From: an uncultured Spirochaetia bacterium
GTDB lineage: Bacteria > Oederibacteriota > PGYV01 > CAYGHG01
Assembly: GCA_964349515.1 (NCBI GenBank)
Contig: CAYGHG010000001.1
Location: 2,528 to 66,527 of the forward strand
Length of the DNA: 64,000 nucleotides
Direction: 5' to 3'
Both the position numbers and the translations under genes were made by a program. Below are positions 32,711 to 42,801 of the stretch, one piece after another. A model generated the notes under the pieces. The model had not been told where the DNA came from and ran no database searches. It saw only the letters and a program-made list of their open reading frames with translations. Each line of letters opens with the position of its first letter. Position 1 is the first letter of the stretch.

Positions 32711-33918
32711 TATTATTCTAATATCTCGGAAATAACTCCGGAGCCTACTGTCCTTCCGCCTTCGCGGATTGCGAACCTTAATTCTTTTTCTATGGCTATC
32801 GGCATTATCAGCTCTATTTCCATGGTTATGTTGTCGCCGGGCATTACCATCTCAACTCCCGCCGGCATCTTTATCGAGCCGGTTACGTCTGTTGTCCTGA
32901 AATAAAACTGCGGCCTGTAGTTGTTAAAGAACGGTGTGTGCCTTCCGCCCTCTTCTTTTGTCAGTACGTACACACGCCCCATAAACTTCTTATGCGGCTT
33001 TATCGAGCCGGGTTTTGCCACTACCTGCCCTCTCATGACCGCGTCCTTGTCGATTCCCCTAAGCAGCAGCCCTACGTTGTCTCCCGCCTGCCCTTCGTCC
33101 AGCAGTTTCCTGAACATCTCAACACCGGTTACCACAGCCTTCTGCGTGTCCTTTAATCCTATTATCTCCACTTCCTCGTTTACCTTTACTTTGCCTCTTT
33201 CTATCCTTCCCGTTACCACTGTCCCGCGCCCGGTTATTGAGAATACGTCTTCTACGGCAAGCGAGAAAGGTTTGTCTATCTCCCTCTTAGGCTCCGGAAC
33301 GAAATCGTCTATCGCCTTTACAAGCTCCACTATCGAATCCCCGCCCGGTCCGCCCGGGTCCTGCAGCCCTTTTAATGCCGAGCCTCTTATAACCGGTGTT
33401 TTGTCTCCGGGAAAATCATATTTCTTCAGCAGGTCCCTTACCTCTTCCTCTACAAGATCCACCATCTCTTTGTCATCCACCATGTCTACCTTATTTAAAA
33501 ATACCACTATGTGCGGTACGCCTACCTGCCTCGCAAGCAGTATGTGCTCCCTCGTCTGCGGCATCGGCCCGTCTACTGCCGATACTACCAGTATCGCGCC
33601 GTCCATCTGCGCCGCTCCGGTTATCATGTTCTTTACATAATCGGCGTGCCCGGGGCAGTCTACATGCGCATAATGCCTCTTGTCCGAAGAGTATTCCACA
33701 TGCGATGTCGCTATTGTCAATATTTTTGTCGCGTCGCGCCTTCCCTGTGATTCTGACGCCTTTGCCACCTCATCGTACGGTACATATGTCGCAAGCCCTT
33801 TTGCCGCCATTACATTCGTAAGCGCAGCAGTCAGCGTTGTCTTGCCGTGGTCTACGTGCCCTATCGTTCCTACGTTTACGTGCGGCTTTGTCCTGTCAAA
33901 CTTTTCCTTTGCCATTTT
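32711..33918. repeat. About 1208-bp direct repeat copy B, covering tuf
   Basis: See copy A. Flanks diverge immediately outside the CDS. Confidence 0.85.
32713..33915 (-). CDS. tuf: Elongation factor Tu (copy 2, in the tRNA-Thr/tuf/rpmG/tRNA-Trp/secE context)
   Basis: 400 aa, 100% identical to copy 1. Confidence 0.95.
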   Translation of the reverse strand: MAKEKFDRTKPHVNVGTIGHVDHGKTTLTAALTNVMAAKGLATYVPYDEVAKASESQGRRDATKILTIATSHVEYSSDKRHYAHVDCPGHADYVKNMITGAAQMDGAILVVSAVDGPMPQTREHILLARQVGVPHIVVFLNKVDMVDDKEMVDLVEEEVRDLLKKYDFPGDKTPVIRGSALKGLQDPGGPGGDSIVELVKAIDDFVPEPKREIDKPFSLAVEDVFSITGRGTVVTGRIERGKVKVNEEVEIIGLKDTQKAVVTGVEMFRKLLDEGQAGDNVGLLLRGIDKDAVMRGQVVAKPGSIKPHKKFMGRVYVLTKEEGGRHTPFFNNYRPQFYFRTTDVTGSIKMPAGVEMVMPGDNITMEIELIMPIAIEKELRFAIREGGRTVGSGVISEILE

Positions 33919-33970
33919 ATTCCTCCTGAAAAATTTTTATATTTTCTGAGACCTTTTCGTCTTTGTTCAC

Positions 33971-34047
33971 TGGAGCCCACGAGCAGATTCGAACTGCCGA
34001 CCTCGTCCTTACCAAGGACGCGCTCTAACCAACTGAGCTACATGGGC
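33971..34047 (-). tRNA. tRNA-Thr (anticodon GGT), 77 nt including the encoded CCA
   Basis: Reverse complement reads GCCCATGTAGCTCAGTTGGTTAGAGCGCGTCCTTGGTAAGGACGAGGTCGGCAGTTCGAATCTGCTCGTGGGCTCCA with anticodon loop TTGGTAA. Sits in the classic position upstream of tuf. Confidence 0.85.
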
Positions 34048-34248
34048 AAATATAAATATACAAATAGCGTAATACTTCCGCAAATATAAATGCGGGGTAT
34101 TACGCGCACCTATATTATTACCTACAAAGCCAATGTTTTTATTAAATTTGTAGAGATTAAAATGTAACAAAATTTGTTTTTCCTGTCAAGGCTTTTTTAC
34201 TTTTTTTTGATTTTTTGTCCTGCAGGGGGCGGGCGGGCTCAGAAACTG

Positions 34249-34611
34249 TTACTGCGATGTTTTAAACTTTTCCACGGCCTGCTTTACCGTGTCATAGCTT
34301 TCCAGCAGATTGTCAAGTTCCAGAGCATCAAAGACAAATCTTATTTCAGGGCGCATGCAGGCAAGTTTTACATCCCCGCCCAGCGCCTTTGCGCTGTTTA
34401 TGCCCCCCACAAAAACAGCCCAGCCGCTGCTGCTAATGTATTCGGTCTCGGTTAAGTCAAATACTATTTTTGAAATCCCCCCCTGAAAAAGCCTGTTAAT
34501 TATTGAACTTGCATAATCATAGGTTTCAAAATTAAAGAACCCGGCGCATTTAAGCACCCTTATGCTTTCATCTTCCCTGTCAAACGACTGTAGTATGGTA
34601 AGTGTCTGCAA
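34249..34611 (-). CDS. STAS-domain anti-sigma factor antagonist (SpoIIAA-like)
   Basis: 120 aa, STAS fold (...DLTETEYISSSGWAVFV...). Confidence 0.6.
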   Translation of the reverse strand: MQTLTILQSFDREDESIRVLKCAGFFNFETYDYASSIINRLFQGGISKIVFDLTETEYISSSGWAVFVGGINSAKALGGDVKLACMRPEIRFVFDALELDNLLESYDTVKQAVEKFKTSQ

Positions 34612-34746
34612 TTATCACCCTCAACTTTTCATGAATTATAACATTACCCGCACCATTTTTTCAAACAAAAAAGCATTGAAAAAAAAGGCCCGATTACCTA
34701 TAATTAACCCTGCGTTTATAAACCGAAAAAAAGAGGTGGCTTAGAC

Positions 34747-36210
34747 ATGATGCAGGCAATGCGGCGTAACGCCAAGTTTTTCCTTTGGATAGTGCTCGGA
34801 GCTTTCATACTCACCATATTTGCGCTTTGGGGTATGCAGGGAGCGGTAGGCGGAGGAAGCAACCCTGAAGTAATAGCAAAAATCGGGGATGAAGATATTA
34901 CCTATACTATGCTTTCAGCAGTCTGGAACAATAAGCGCGAGGAACTGTACGGCGAAGGCATACAGGTGACCGAAGATCTGGAAAGAATGGAAAAGCGCAA
35001 AATACTTGACAGCCTCATAGACCACAGGGTAAGGCTGAAATACGCCTCCTCACTCGGAATTACCGCAACAGACGAAGAGGTCGGCGCACAAATACGAAGC
35101 TACCCTGTTTTTTCAACACAGGAAGGCGGGTTTGACAGAAACGCTTACATTAATTTTCTGAGAGCCAACGGTATCAGGCCCTCAGATTTTGAAAATGAAC
35201 AACGCGAACAGATAATACTCTATAAATTAAGAAACCAGCTTATGGCGTCAGTCAAAACCGGCACTGATGAGTTAAGGGAGCTTTATCTTAAAAGAGCCCG
35301 CTCTGTCAAAGGCGAGTACGTATACTTTAATTACAGAGAACACCTTCCTTCTATTAATATAAACGAAGAGAAGATGAAAGATTTTTACGCTATGAACAAA
35401 AAAAAATATGAAAAACCCGAACGTGTTAAAGCCTCTCATATTCTTATAATGGCCGACGCCTCCCCTTCCTCACCGACCGGGCTGACCGATGAGGCGGCAA
35501 AAAAACTTGCGGACAGCCTTCTTGAAGACCTCAAAAAAGGCGCTTCTTTTTCAGAGGCGGCCAAAAAGCACTCGGCAGACCCCGGCTCAAAAGATAAGGG
35601 CGGAGAATTGGGCTGGTTCGAGAGGGGTATGATGGTAAAAGAGTTTGAAGATGCCGCATTTGCCCTGAAGAAAAATACTTTAAGCGGCGCGGTTAAAACC
35701 CAGTTTGGATATCACATAATAAAATGCCTCGACAGGGAAGATGGATTTGAACCCACATACGAAAAAGTCCGCAAAGATATTCTTGAAGAAATGCAGAAAA
35801 ACGAGGGCGTAGCCGCTATGCTAAAAAAAGCCGTAGCATTTGAAAACGTTCTAAAGGAAGGCAAAAGCTTTGCGGAAGCGGCTGCCGGTGCCGGAGCAAA
35901 AATAAAGCAGACGGCTTTCTTTAAAGAAGATGGTCTGAAAGAAATCGAATCCGAAAAATTCGCAGACGAAGCTCTGAATCTGAACGCGGGCGGCATCACC
36001 CCGGTCATACAAGGAGATAACGGCTATTACATATTTACCCTCAAAGAAGAAAAACCCGCACAGTATGACAGAAACAGATTTGAAGAACAGAAAGAAAGAC
36101 TTGTCGATATGCTGAAAACTGCAAAATTCGAATCTTACCTGGCAGCTCTCACGAAATCATTAAGGAACGGTTATAAAATAGAGGTTTTTGAAGATAACCT
36201 GCTGAACTAA
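34747..36210 (+). CDS. PpiD/SurA-like periplasmic parvulin-type peptidyl-prolyl isomerase/chaperone
   Basis: 487 aa with an N-terminal TM, a SurA-N-like domain, and a PpiC parvulin domain (GELGWFERGMMVKEFEDAAFAL...GYHIIK). Confidence 0.75.
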   Translation: MMQAMRRNAKFFLWIVLGAFILTIFALWGMQGAVGGGSNPEVIAKIGDEDITYTMLSAVWNNKREELYGEGIQVTEDLERMEKRKILDSLIDHRVRLKYASSLGITATDEEVGAQIRSYPVFSTQEGGFDRNAYINFLRANGIRPSDFENEQREQIILYKLRNQLMASVKTGTDELRELYLKRARSVKGEYVYFNYREHLPSININEEKMKDFYAMNKKKYEKPERVKASHILIMADASPSSPTGLTDEAAKKLADSLLEDLKKGASFSEAAKKHSADPGSKDKGGELGWFERGMMVKEFEDAAFALKKNTLSGAVKTQFGYHIIKCLDREDGFEPTYEKVRKDILEEMQKNEGVAAMLKKAVAFENVLKEGKSFAEAAAGAGAKIKQTAFFKEDGLKEIESEKFADEALNLNAGGITPVIQGDNGYYIFTLKEEKPAQYDRNRFEEQKERLVDMLKTAKFESYLAALTKSLRNGYKIEVFEDNLLN

Positions 36211-36262
36211 AAAATATAACCCGCAGCCGGCGGTCTGAGCGGGCTGCGGGTTATATTTTTTT
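36211..36262. terminator. Bidirectional intrinsic terminator between convergent ppiD-like and maf genes
   Basis: aaaaatataACCCGCAGCCggcggtctgagcGGGCTGCGGGTtatattttttt. The hairpin overlaps the maf stop codon. Confidence 0.6.
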
Positions 36263-36829
36263 CCAGTTTTTTATTATTCTCTTCACGAGCGCCATCGGAA
36301 AACCCACTACATTATCCCGCGGGCCCTCTATCTTTTTCACATAAGGGTCCGCCCCCTCCTGTATCGCGTATGCGCCCGCTTTGTCCATGACATTGTTGTT
36401 TTTTATGTATTTCAGTATCTCTTCACTGCTTATTTTCGAAAAATGAACTTTTGTGGTTTCAGATGTGACAAGCGTTTTTCCGGTCTGCGCATCTATAAAT
36501 GCTACAGATGTAATAACCCTGTGGACCGAACCGCTTAAAGCTGAAATTATTGTGTACGCGTTTTTTTTTGATGAGGGTTTTCCTATTATCCTGCTTCCCA
36601 GTACAACTATGGTATCAGAACCTATAATCAGGCCTTTGTCAAACCTGCCCCTTACAGACTCGGCTTTTGCAAGTGCAATGGCATTTGCTACGGCATAAGG
36701 GTTTTTGCTTTTTACCGATTTCATAATGGCGCCTTCATCCGCTTTCGGGGAAACACATACGTGAGGGATGCGGTGCTCTTTCATCAGTGCCCTGCGCCTC
36801 GGCGAAGTGGAAGCAAGTATTATTTTCAA
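36251..36829 (-). CDS. maf: Maf-like nucleoside triphosphate pyrophosphatase
   Basis: 192 aa (MKIILASTSPRRRALM...). Confidence 0.85.
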   Translation of the reverse strand: MKIILASTSPRRRALMKEHRIPHVCVSPKADEGAIMKSVKSKNPYAVANAIALAKAESVRGRFDKGLIIGSDTIVVLGSRIIGKPSSKKNAYTIISALSGSVHRVITSVAFIDAQTGKTLVTSETTKVHFSKISSEEILKYIKNNNVMDKAGAYAIQEGADPYVKKIEGPRDNVVGFPMALVKRIIKNWKKI

Positions 36830-36832
36830 GTT

Positions 36833-37855
36833 TCAGAACCTGCCGTAGTTTTTGTGGCTGCATTTAACGCAGGCGCCTTCTTTTATTCCCGAAGCTGATA
36901 TTTCAGGCCATTTTCTTTTAATTATGACGGCACCGCAGCCCGCACAAAGAGTATCGTGCACCCCCTCCTCTGCAGGCACGTTTCCCAGGTAAACATGCTT
37001 CAAGTGTTTCTTGGCGGCTGCAAAGGCGGTTTTAAGTGTATCTATGGGCGTCGGGTCTATGTCCATCTTGTACTGCGGAAAATATCTGGATAAATGAAGA
37101 GGCACTTCCTCTCCCATGGTGGAAGCGGCCCACTGCGCTATTTCTTCTGTTTCTTCGGGCTTGTCGTTAAGGGTGGGGATAATTAATGTGGTCAGTTCTA
37201 CGTGGCACCCTTCCTGATAGGCAATCAACGCGGTTCTTTTAACAGGAGCAAGCTGGCCTATTGATATTTCCCTGTAGAATTTTTCTCCCGGCGCTTTTAT
37301 GTCAATATTCATGGCATCAATCAGCGGCAGCATCTCGCGCAAAGGCTCTTCGGATACAAAACCGTTGGTCACAATCACGTTTGCCAGCCCTTTTTCTTTA
37401 GCTATTTTTGCCGTATCATAAACAAACTCATACCATATAAAAGGCTCGTTGTATGTATAGGCAATTCCCGCAGCCTTATTGTGAAGCGCTATCTCGACGA
37501 TATCCGCAGGGTCAAAATTTTCCGAAACCACCTCCTGCTGGGAGATGTTCCAGTTCTGACAGAAATTGCATTTAAAATTGCAGCCCCAGGTGCCGATAGA
37601 AAACAATTCACTTCCCGGCCGGAAATGATAAAGGGGCTTTTTTTCTATAGGGTCCATTGCGTAAGAGGCCACCTGCCCGTAGTTTTTTGCATATAGCACG
37701 CCGTCCGTGTTCTGCCTCGTGAGACAGATGCCGCTTTTTCTGTTGGGTATAAGGCACCTGTGAGGGCACAATACGCAGCGGGCCTTGTTAACCGGCTCTT
37801 TTTTATAAAACTTTGCCTCATACATCAGCTGCACCCCTCTTTTCAAATACTGCAT
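36833..37855 (-). CDS. Radical SAM enzyme, AmmeMemoRadiSam-system type (AmrS/PflA-like activase family)
   Basis: N-terminal CVLCPHRC...C cluster plus the radical-SAM motif GCNFKCNFCQN. About 340 aa, the family size. The start is probably the internal Met at about 37825. Confidence 0.7.
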   Translation of the reverse strand: MQYLKRGVQLMYEAKFYKKEPVNKARCVLCPHRCLIPNRKSGICLTRQNTDGVLYAKNYGQVASYAMDPIEKKPLYHFRPGSELFSIGTWGCNFKCNFCQNWNISQQEVVSENFDPADIVEIALHNKAAGIAYTYNEPFIWYEFVYDTAKIAKEKGLANVIVTNGFVSEEPLREMLPLIDAMNIDIKAPGEKFYREISIGQLAPVKRTALIAYQEGCHVELTTLIIPTLNDKPEETEEIAQWAASTMGEEVPLHLSRYFPQYKMDIDPTPIDTLKTAFAAAKKHLKHVYLGNVPAEEGVHDTLCAGCGAVIIKRKWPEISASGIKEGACVKCSHKNYGRF

Positions 37856-38432
37856 AAATATCAGGAGGCTCGTGCGGAATTCCTGTCAGAATTGTTCTTA
37901 ATGACCTGACCACGGATCTCAAAACCCCTTTTCCAAAACTGTCGTTATCAAAACCGGATTCTACAGCAGCAAAGCCCGCTTTTGCCGCAATCTTTGAAAG
38001 GCTGAGTTCTGTGTAGGGTCTTTTGTGGGTTTCATCACCCCAGAAATTTTTCATTGACACCGCTAAGTTTCCCATATTGGGGGTTATTACAACCAGCCTG
38101 CCGCCCTCAGAGAGTATCGGCCCGCACATTTTAAATACACTCTCAAGTTCTTCGGGCCAGAAGTGCTCCGCTACGTGCCTCATATATATTCCGCCGAAGG
38201 TCCTGATTCCGGGATTTTTCAAAAAATTTTCAATTGTGCTGTTTATGAATGCAGCACTGTTTTTGCCGGCGGGTTCCACTATGTCAACACCTACAGCGTC
38301 AAATCCGTTTTCAGCGCACAATTCAAGAAAATCCCCAGAACCGCTTCCAAGCTCCAGCACTCCTTCCGAAGGCTTAAAAAACGAAAGATATTTTTTCTGT
38401 TTTTGCTTATTGTCCAATTTTCGCCCCTTCAA
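37818..38432 (-). CDS. Class I SAM-dependent methyltransferase
   Basis: Motif I VLELGSGSGDF and a Rossmann-fold pattern. Confidence 0.7.
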   Translation of the reverse strand: MKGRKLDNKQKQKKYLSFFKPSEGVLELGSGSGDFLELCAENGFDAVGVDIVEPAGKNSAAFINSTIENFLKNPGIRTFGGIYMRHVAEHFWPEELESVFKMCGPILSEGGRLVVITPNMGNLAVSMKNFWGDETHKRPYTELSLSKIAAKAGFAAVESGFDNDSFGKGVLRSVVRSLRTILTGIPHEPPDIYAVFEKRGAADV

Positions 38433-39471
38433 GGCATTTTAAAAAATTCTTCATCTCAATACCCCAGTTATATTTTTCACTAATAAATTTATAACCTTTT
38501 TTCTCCCTTTTATCAAGGTTAATTATCCTCCTGTCAAGTTCCGCGGCAAAAGCCCGCGTGTCAGGCCTGCACATATAAATGAATTTTCTGAACAACGGTA
38601 TCTCCCCTACATTGACGGCAACTACGGGCATATTCATTGCCAGATACTCGCGAAGTTTCATTGAAGCCCTGTATCTGTTCACCCCGGCATCTGTATAGTA
38701 AACAATGCACAAATCGCAGGCCCGCGCTGCTGAGGCCGCCTGAGGCTGAGTTACCGGCCCTGTAAAAATCACCCTGCCTGACAATCCCGCCCGCGACACT
38801 TTTTGTATGTATCCTTTCAGCATCGGGCCCCCTCCGGCAACTACAAGCACGGCATTTTTTTTCATCTTAGTAAATGCTTCCAGTATTTCATCCAAGTACC
38901 CTGCAATGTTTAGATGCGCCATATAAAAAAGAAAGGGCACAGCCTCATTCTTTCTTTTAAGGGCTATTACGGCATCTTTTTTTACTTGCGGCCTGAAAAA
39001 AGATGTATCAACGCACTGCTTAAGCATTAATACTTTTTTACCCTGTTTATCTGCCGCCGGCTTCAGCCTTTTTAAAAGCAAAGTATTATGTGTGGTAAAC
39101 ATATCAGCCGCTTTGCAGCACGCATTCTGAATCCGCTCCAGTATGCCGGACAACACTCCGCCCCTGTAACCGTGGTCCAGGTCGTCTATGTCTATTATTA
39201 TTTTAGCGCCGGAAAATTTCAGAAGGAGTGCGGGTATTACGGTATTGGGATAAGGCTTTACGATTATAACAAAATCATAACGCCTGTTCAAAAGCATAAA
39301 TGCATAATAGAACATTGACAGCAAAAAATCAGCCATGAACGGCAATGAGTTAAACGGCGGCTTGACATAATGCGCCTCTGCTCCCGCCTTTAATAAATAT
39401 TTATATATGTAAAAAGCCCTGAGATTTGAACCGGTGTTTGCAGCCTGCGACGAAAGCACAAGAACTTTCAC
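38407..39471 (-). CDS. Glycosyltransferase family 4 (GT-B)
   Basis: C-terminal E..G....EA.A.G.PVV-type motif (REYLAMNMPVVAVNVGE). Confidence 0.7.
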   Translation of the reverse strand: MKVLVLSSQAANTGSNLRAFYIYKYLLKAGAEAHYVKPPFNSLPFMADFLLSMFYYAFMLLNRRYDFVIIVKPYPNTVIPALLLKFSGAKIIIDIDDLDHGYRGGVLSGILERIQNACCKAADMFTTHNTLLLKRLKPAADKQGKKVLMLKQCVDTSFFRPQVKKDAVIALKRKNEAVPFLFYMAHLNIAGYLDEILEAFTKMKKNAVLVVAGGGPMLKGYIQKVSRAGLSGRVIFTGPVTQPQAASAARACDLCIVYYTDAGVNRYRASMKLREYLAMNMPVVAVNVGEIPLFRKFIYMCRPDTRAFAAELDRRIINLDKREKKGYKFISEKYNWGIEMKNFLKCLEGAKIGQ

Positions 39472-40406
39472 TCTGACCCGCCTTTTTTAATTACAACATC
39501 CTTGTTTATTTTTTTTGAAGAAGCCCCGGGGAAAATCAGGCCTGTTATAAAACCTGCGCCGTAATATATGTGAAGCAGCGGAAAAAGCGGCATTGCCCCC
39601 GCAAAAAACAGGATGTTTTTCCGCCTAAACGCCGCTTCCACCGAGAATACTGCAGCCAGCGCGGCGTAAACAATTGCCGGAGCGAATATGAATGGTAAAT
39701 CTTTAAAAACAGGCGCGGTTAAAAGATATATTAAAAACAAAGCCGGGACTCCATTGATTATATCGGAAGGCGCGCCCGCGAGCTTAATCTGTTCCGCCCT
39801 GCCTCTTCCGTACCTGAAACACTGCTTTAAAAACTCAAATATATTTTCCCTGTGGCTTCTATCAGCACAAACCTCCGGGTCGTAAATGATTTTCAGCCCT
39901 GTTTTTTTCACCCTGTTCAATAATTCATTTTCTTCATTAGGATAAAGTTCTTCCCTTAACCCGCCTATATCTTCAAACACTTTTTTTCTTACAAACATAT
40001 TGCAAAGTATGAGCTCTTTTTCGTCTGATTCCCTGCGGTTTCCCCTGGCTTCGTAACGAGAGGCGCTTCTGCCTGCGGCAAAAACACTCGAAAAAACAGC
40101 CCCGAATAATTTCTGAAGCAGCGAATCTGTTTTAGGGGTAAGGCACGGCCCCCCTATCACGGCAGTGTCCGCCTCATTTTCAAAAGCTTTGAGAGCTTTG
40201 GCTGCCGCGCCGGGGCAGGGCGCGGTATCATCGTCGGCAAAGTATATTATATCCCCGCAGGCGGAACGGACCCCTTCGTTTCTCTGCGCAGAAGGGTTGC
40301 TTCCCTGCGCAAGAATAAGTTCATCTCTCTCAACACCTTCAAAATTTCTTCTTACGTTATCATATTGGCTGAGGGATCTCACCGCGACTACTATTGAAAG
40401 TTTCAC
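39468..40406 (-). CDS. Glycosyltransferase family 2 (GT-A) with C-terminal TM helices
   Basis: MKLSIVVAVRS...YFADDDT is the DxD motif. The C-terminus is hydrophobic. Confidence 0.7.
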   Translation of the reverse strand: MKLSIVVAVRSLSQYDNVRRNFEGVERDELILAQGSNPSAQRNEGVRSACGDIIYFADDDTAPCPGAAAKALKAFENEADTAVIGGPCLTPKTDSLLQKLFGAVFSSVFAAGRSASRYEARGNRRESDEKELILCNMFVRKKVFEDIGGLREELYPNEENELLNRVKKTGLKIIYDPEVCADRSHRENIFEFLKQCFRYGRGRAEQIKLAGAPSDIINGVPALFLIYLLTAPVFKDLPFIFAPAIVYAALAAVFSVEAAFRRKNILFFAGAMPLFPLLHIYYGAGFITGLIFPGASSKKINKDVVIKKGGSE

Positions 40407-41110
40407 AGGCGCTTTAAAACCTCCTTTAAACTTTTTATTACAACAACACTTTTTTTCTCCGCCAGATGCGCAAACGAAAACTGCGCGTGCCTCGTCTTTC
40501 GCCTTATCCAGAGCGGGGTAATACCCGCTCCCGCCGCCCCTTCAATATCCGCGATAAAATTATCGCCCACATATATCATCTCTCCCGGTTTGCACCGCGC
40601 GTTCCTAACCGCCATACTAAATATCCGCAAATCCGGTTTTTCTACACCGGCTTCCTCTGACACTATGATATCGCCAACCTCGCCGTGCAGGCCCGTAGCT
40701 TTGAGCATTTTACGCAGTTCAGCCGGGGCGTTTGAAATAATACCGGTTTTAACCCCGGCTTTTTTTAACTGTCTTAAGGTATACAACGCGTCGGAAAACC
40801 GCCTGAAGCTGGAACCGCTTTTAAGCCTGTCTTTAAGCCCTGAAGCGGCGGCGGCGTTTTTTATGCCAAGCATTCCGAATACAATGGATATGTACATTTC
40901 CCACTTTTGAGTGTCTTTCATAACGCCTTTTTTTACCACCCGCGCCATTTTCAAGGCAGAGGCTGCCAGTGCTTTTTCAACCTCCCTCATAGTGATATTC
41001 TTTTTTAATTTTCTTATCCGCCTGTAAGCAAGCACTGTCAGGGAGGGGTTTCTGTATATCAGCGTCTCGCCCGCGTCAAAATATACCGCTTTTATTTTAA
41101 TTTTTTCCAA
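40403..41110 (-). CDS. HAD-superfamily hydrolase
   Basis: Motif I-like VYFDAGETL and motif IV VGDNFIADIEGA. Confidence 0.55.
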   Translation of the reverse strand: MEKIKIKAVYFDAGETLIYRNPSLTVLAYRRIRKLKKNITMREVEKALAASALKMARVVKKGVMKDTQKWEMYISIVFGMLGIKNAAAASGLKDRLKSGSSFRRFSDALYTLRQLKKAGVKTGIISNAPAELRKMLKATGLHGEVGDIIVSEEAGVEKPDLRIFSMAVRNARCKPGEMIYVGDNFIADIEGAAGAGITPLWIRRKTRHAQFSFAHLAEKKSVVVIKSLKEVLKRL

Positions 41111-41751
41111 GCGTGTACCGCCTTTACCGCGTCTTCAGGTGTTGAAACTATTTTTATGAGTTTGAGGTCTTCCTTTGATATATATCCGTTTTCAAGGAGC
41201 TGGTCCTTTATCCATCCAACAATACCTTTCCAGTATTCTTCGCCGTAAAGCACTATGGGAAACGGCTTTATTTTTTCCGTCTGTACCAGAGTCAGCGCTT
41301 CAAATATTTCGTCAAGCGTACCAAACCCGCCGGGAAAAACAATAAAAGCCGAAGCATATTTCACAAACATAACCTTTCGTGCGAAAAAGTACCTAAAACC
41401 TATTTTTATGTTTGAATACTGATTTGGTTTCTGCTCGTGCGGCAGCGAGATGTTAAGGCCTATGGATGTCCCTTTTGCCTGTAAAGCCCCCTTATTGGCG
41501 GCTTCCATTATTCCCCCGCCTCCGCCCGTAATGACGGAAAACCCCTTGCCGGCCATAAGCCTCGCTGTTTCAACCGCGTCTTTATAATATTTGCCGTCTT
41601 CGGGCTCCCTCGCCGAACCGAAAATTGAAACCGCTTTCTTTATGTGGCCGAGGGCTTCAAACCCGTCAACAAATTCCGATATTATCCTGAACATTCTCCA
41701 CGAATCATCAGCAATATCCTCAAGCACATACCTGCTTCTGTACTGTTCCAT
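41092..41751 (-). CDS. LOG family protein (cytokinin riboside 5'-monophosphate phosphoribohydrolase-like, TIGR00730)
   Basis: GGGGGIMEAANKGA and PGGFGTLDE motifs. Confidence 0.8.
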   Translation of the reverse strand: MEQYRSRYVLEDIADDSWRMFRIISEFVDGFEALGHIKKAVSIFGSAREPEDGKYYKDAVETARLMAGKGFSVITGGGGGIMEAANKGALQAKGTSIGLNISLPHEQKPNQYSNIKIGFRYFFARKVMFVKYASAFIVFPGGFGTLDEIFEALTLVQTEKIKPFPIVLYGEEYWKGIVGWIKDQLLENGYISKEDLKLIKIVSTPEDAVKAVHAWKKLK

Positions 41752-41763
41752 GAATTCCTCCTT

Positions 41764-42801
41764 TTATTCTTCTTTTTCTTCAAAGAGTTTTAAAAAATTT
41801 ACCACATTTTCTCCGGTCAGATTCCACAGCAAATCGGCCGCGCTGCGCAGAGGCGCGGTCACGATGCCAAGTTTTATTCTGTCTCCCATTTCCCTTGCGA
41901 AACGCTTTCCGTACAGCGCCGGAAGCGAGGCAATTTCGGAATCAGGCGCTTCAAACTCAAAATCAACACTCATGTTTCCGCCGGCGTCTGTCAAAAACCT
42001 GCCCATCTGTTCATAAGAAACGCCGAAGAGGTGCTTAACATCCAGCCCTCCGCTGTCTTCCCGTATCTTGAGCCCCCTAATTTCCATTGCATTTGCGAGC
42101 CTCACCCTTCTGTTCTCCCCGGTTACCTGTACCGCAAGGTTTATTTCCCCGCTGTCAATCACCAGTTTGTAATCCGCGAAGAAAGGTTCAAAAATTCTGG
42201 CATCAACATTTTCAGCCATGACTGTCATATGAAACCTGTTTATGAAATATGGAAAGTAAAAAAACTTCAGTTCCACAGGGTATCTTTTGTCATCCTGTAT
42301 GCGCCCTTTTAAATCAAAGGCCATAAACTCGCCGCTTTTTACCTGAGAGGCTGCGTATTCACTCTTTCCGTTTACCGAATACAGCCCGAAACGCAGGGAA
42401 CGCCCCGGATCAGAGTACTCAAAACTCCCCCAAAGTATATTTATGTACCTGCAGTGCGGCAGTATTGCACCGGCTGCCGCCGCGTTTTGTGATTTCACCT
42501 CTTTTTTGGTGTATATAAAAGAAGGTTTTATGAGAATTACACCGTCCAGCGACCTCCTGAAATTTTTCCCGGCCAGCGCCTTAAGGTTTAGGTCAACCAG
42601 CGCTGCAGGGCAGCTGAAACCGCCCGCTTTCACACCTGCAAGTATCACCCTGTCAGGCAGAGGTGAGACGGCAAAAATAAACGAAACCCCCGGCGCGGCG
42701 CCCGCAAGGGCCTTTTTCAATACGATATTAACCGCCGCGTTAAATATAACAAAAAGTACAGCGGCCGCGGCAAGCGCTGTTTTTACTTTTTTATTCATCA
42801 C
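41764..42801 (-). CDS. Hypothetical membrane-anchored protein (possibly AsmA/DUF748-like)
   Basis: N-terminal TM helix, then an about 300-aa domain of unknown function. Confidence 0.35.
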   Translation of the reverse strand: MMNKKVKTALAAAAVLFVIFNAAVNIVLKKALAGAAPGVSFIFAVSPLPDRVILAGVKAGGFSCPAALVDLNLKALAGKNFRRSLDGVILIKPSFIYTKKEVKSQNAAAAGAILPHCRYINILWGSFEYSDPGRSLRFGLYSVNGKSEYAASQVKSGEFMAFDLKGRIQDDKRYPVELKFFYFPYFINRFHMTVMAENVDARIFEPFFADYKLVIDSGEINLAVQVTGENRRVRLANAMEIRGLKIREDSGGLDVKHLFGVSYEQMGRFLTDAGGNMSVDFEFEAPDSEIASLPALYGKRFAREMGDRIKLGIVTAPLRSAADLLWNLTGENVVNFLKLFEEKEE

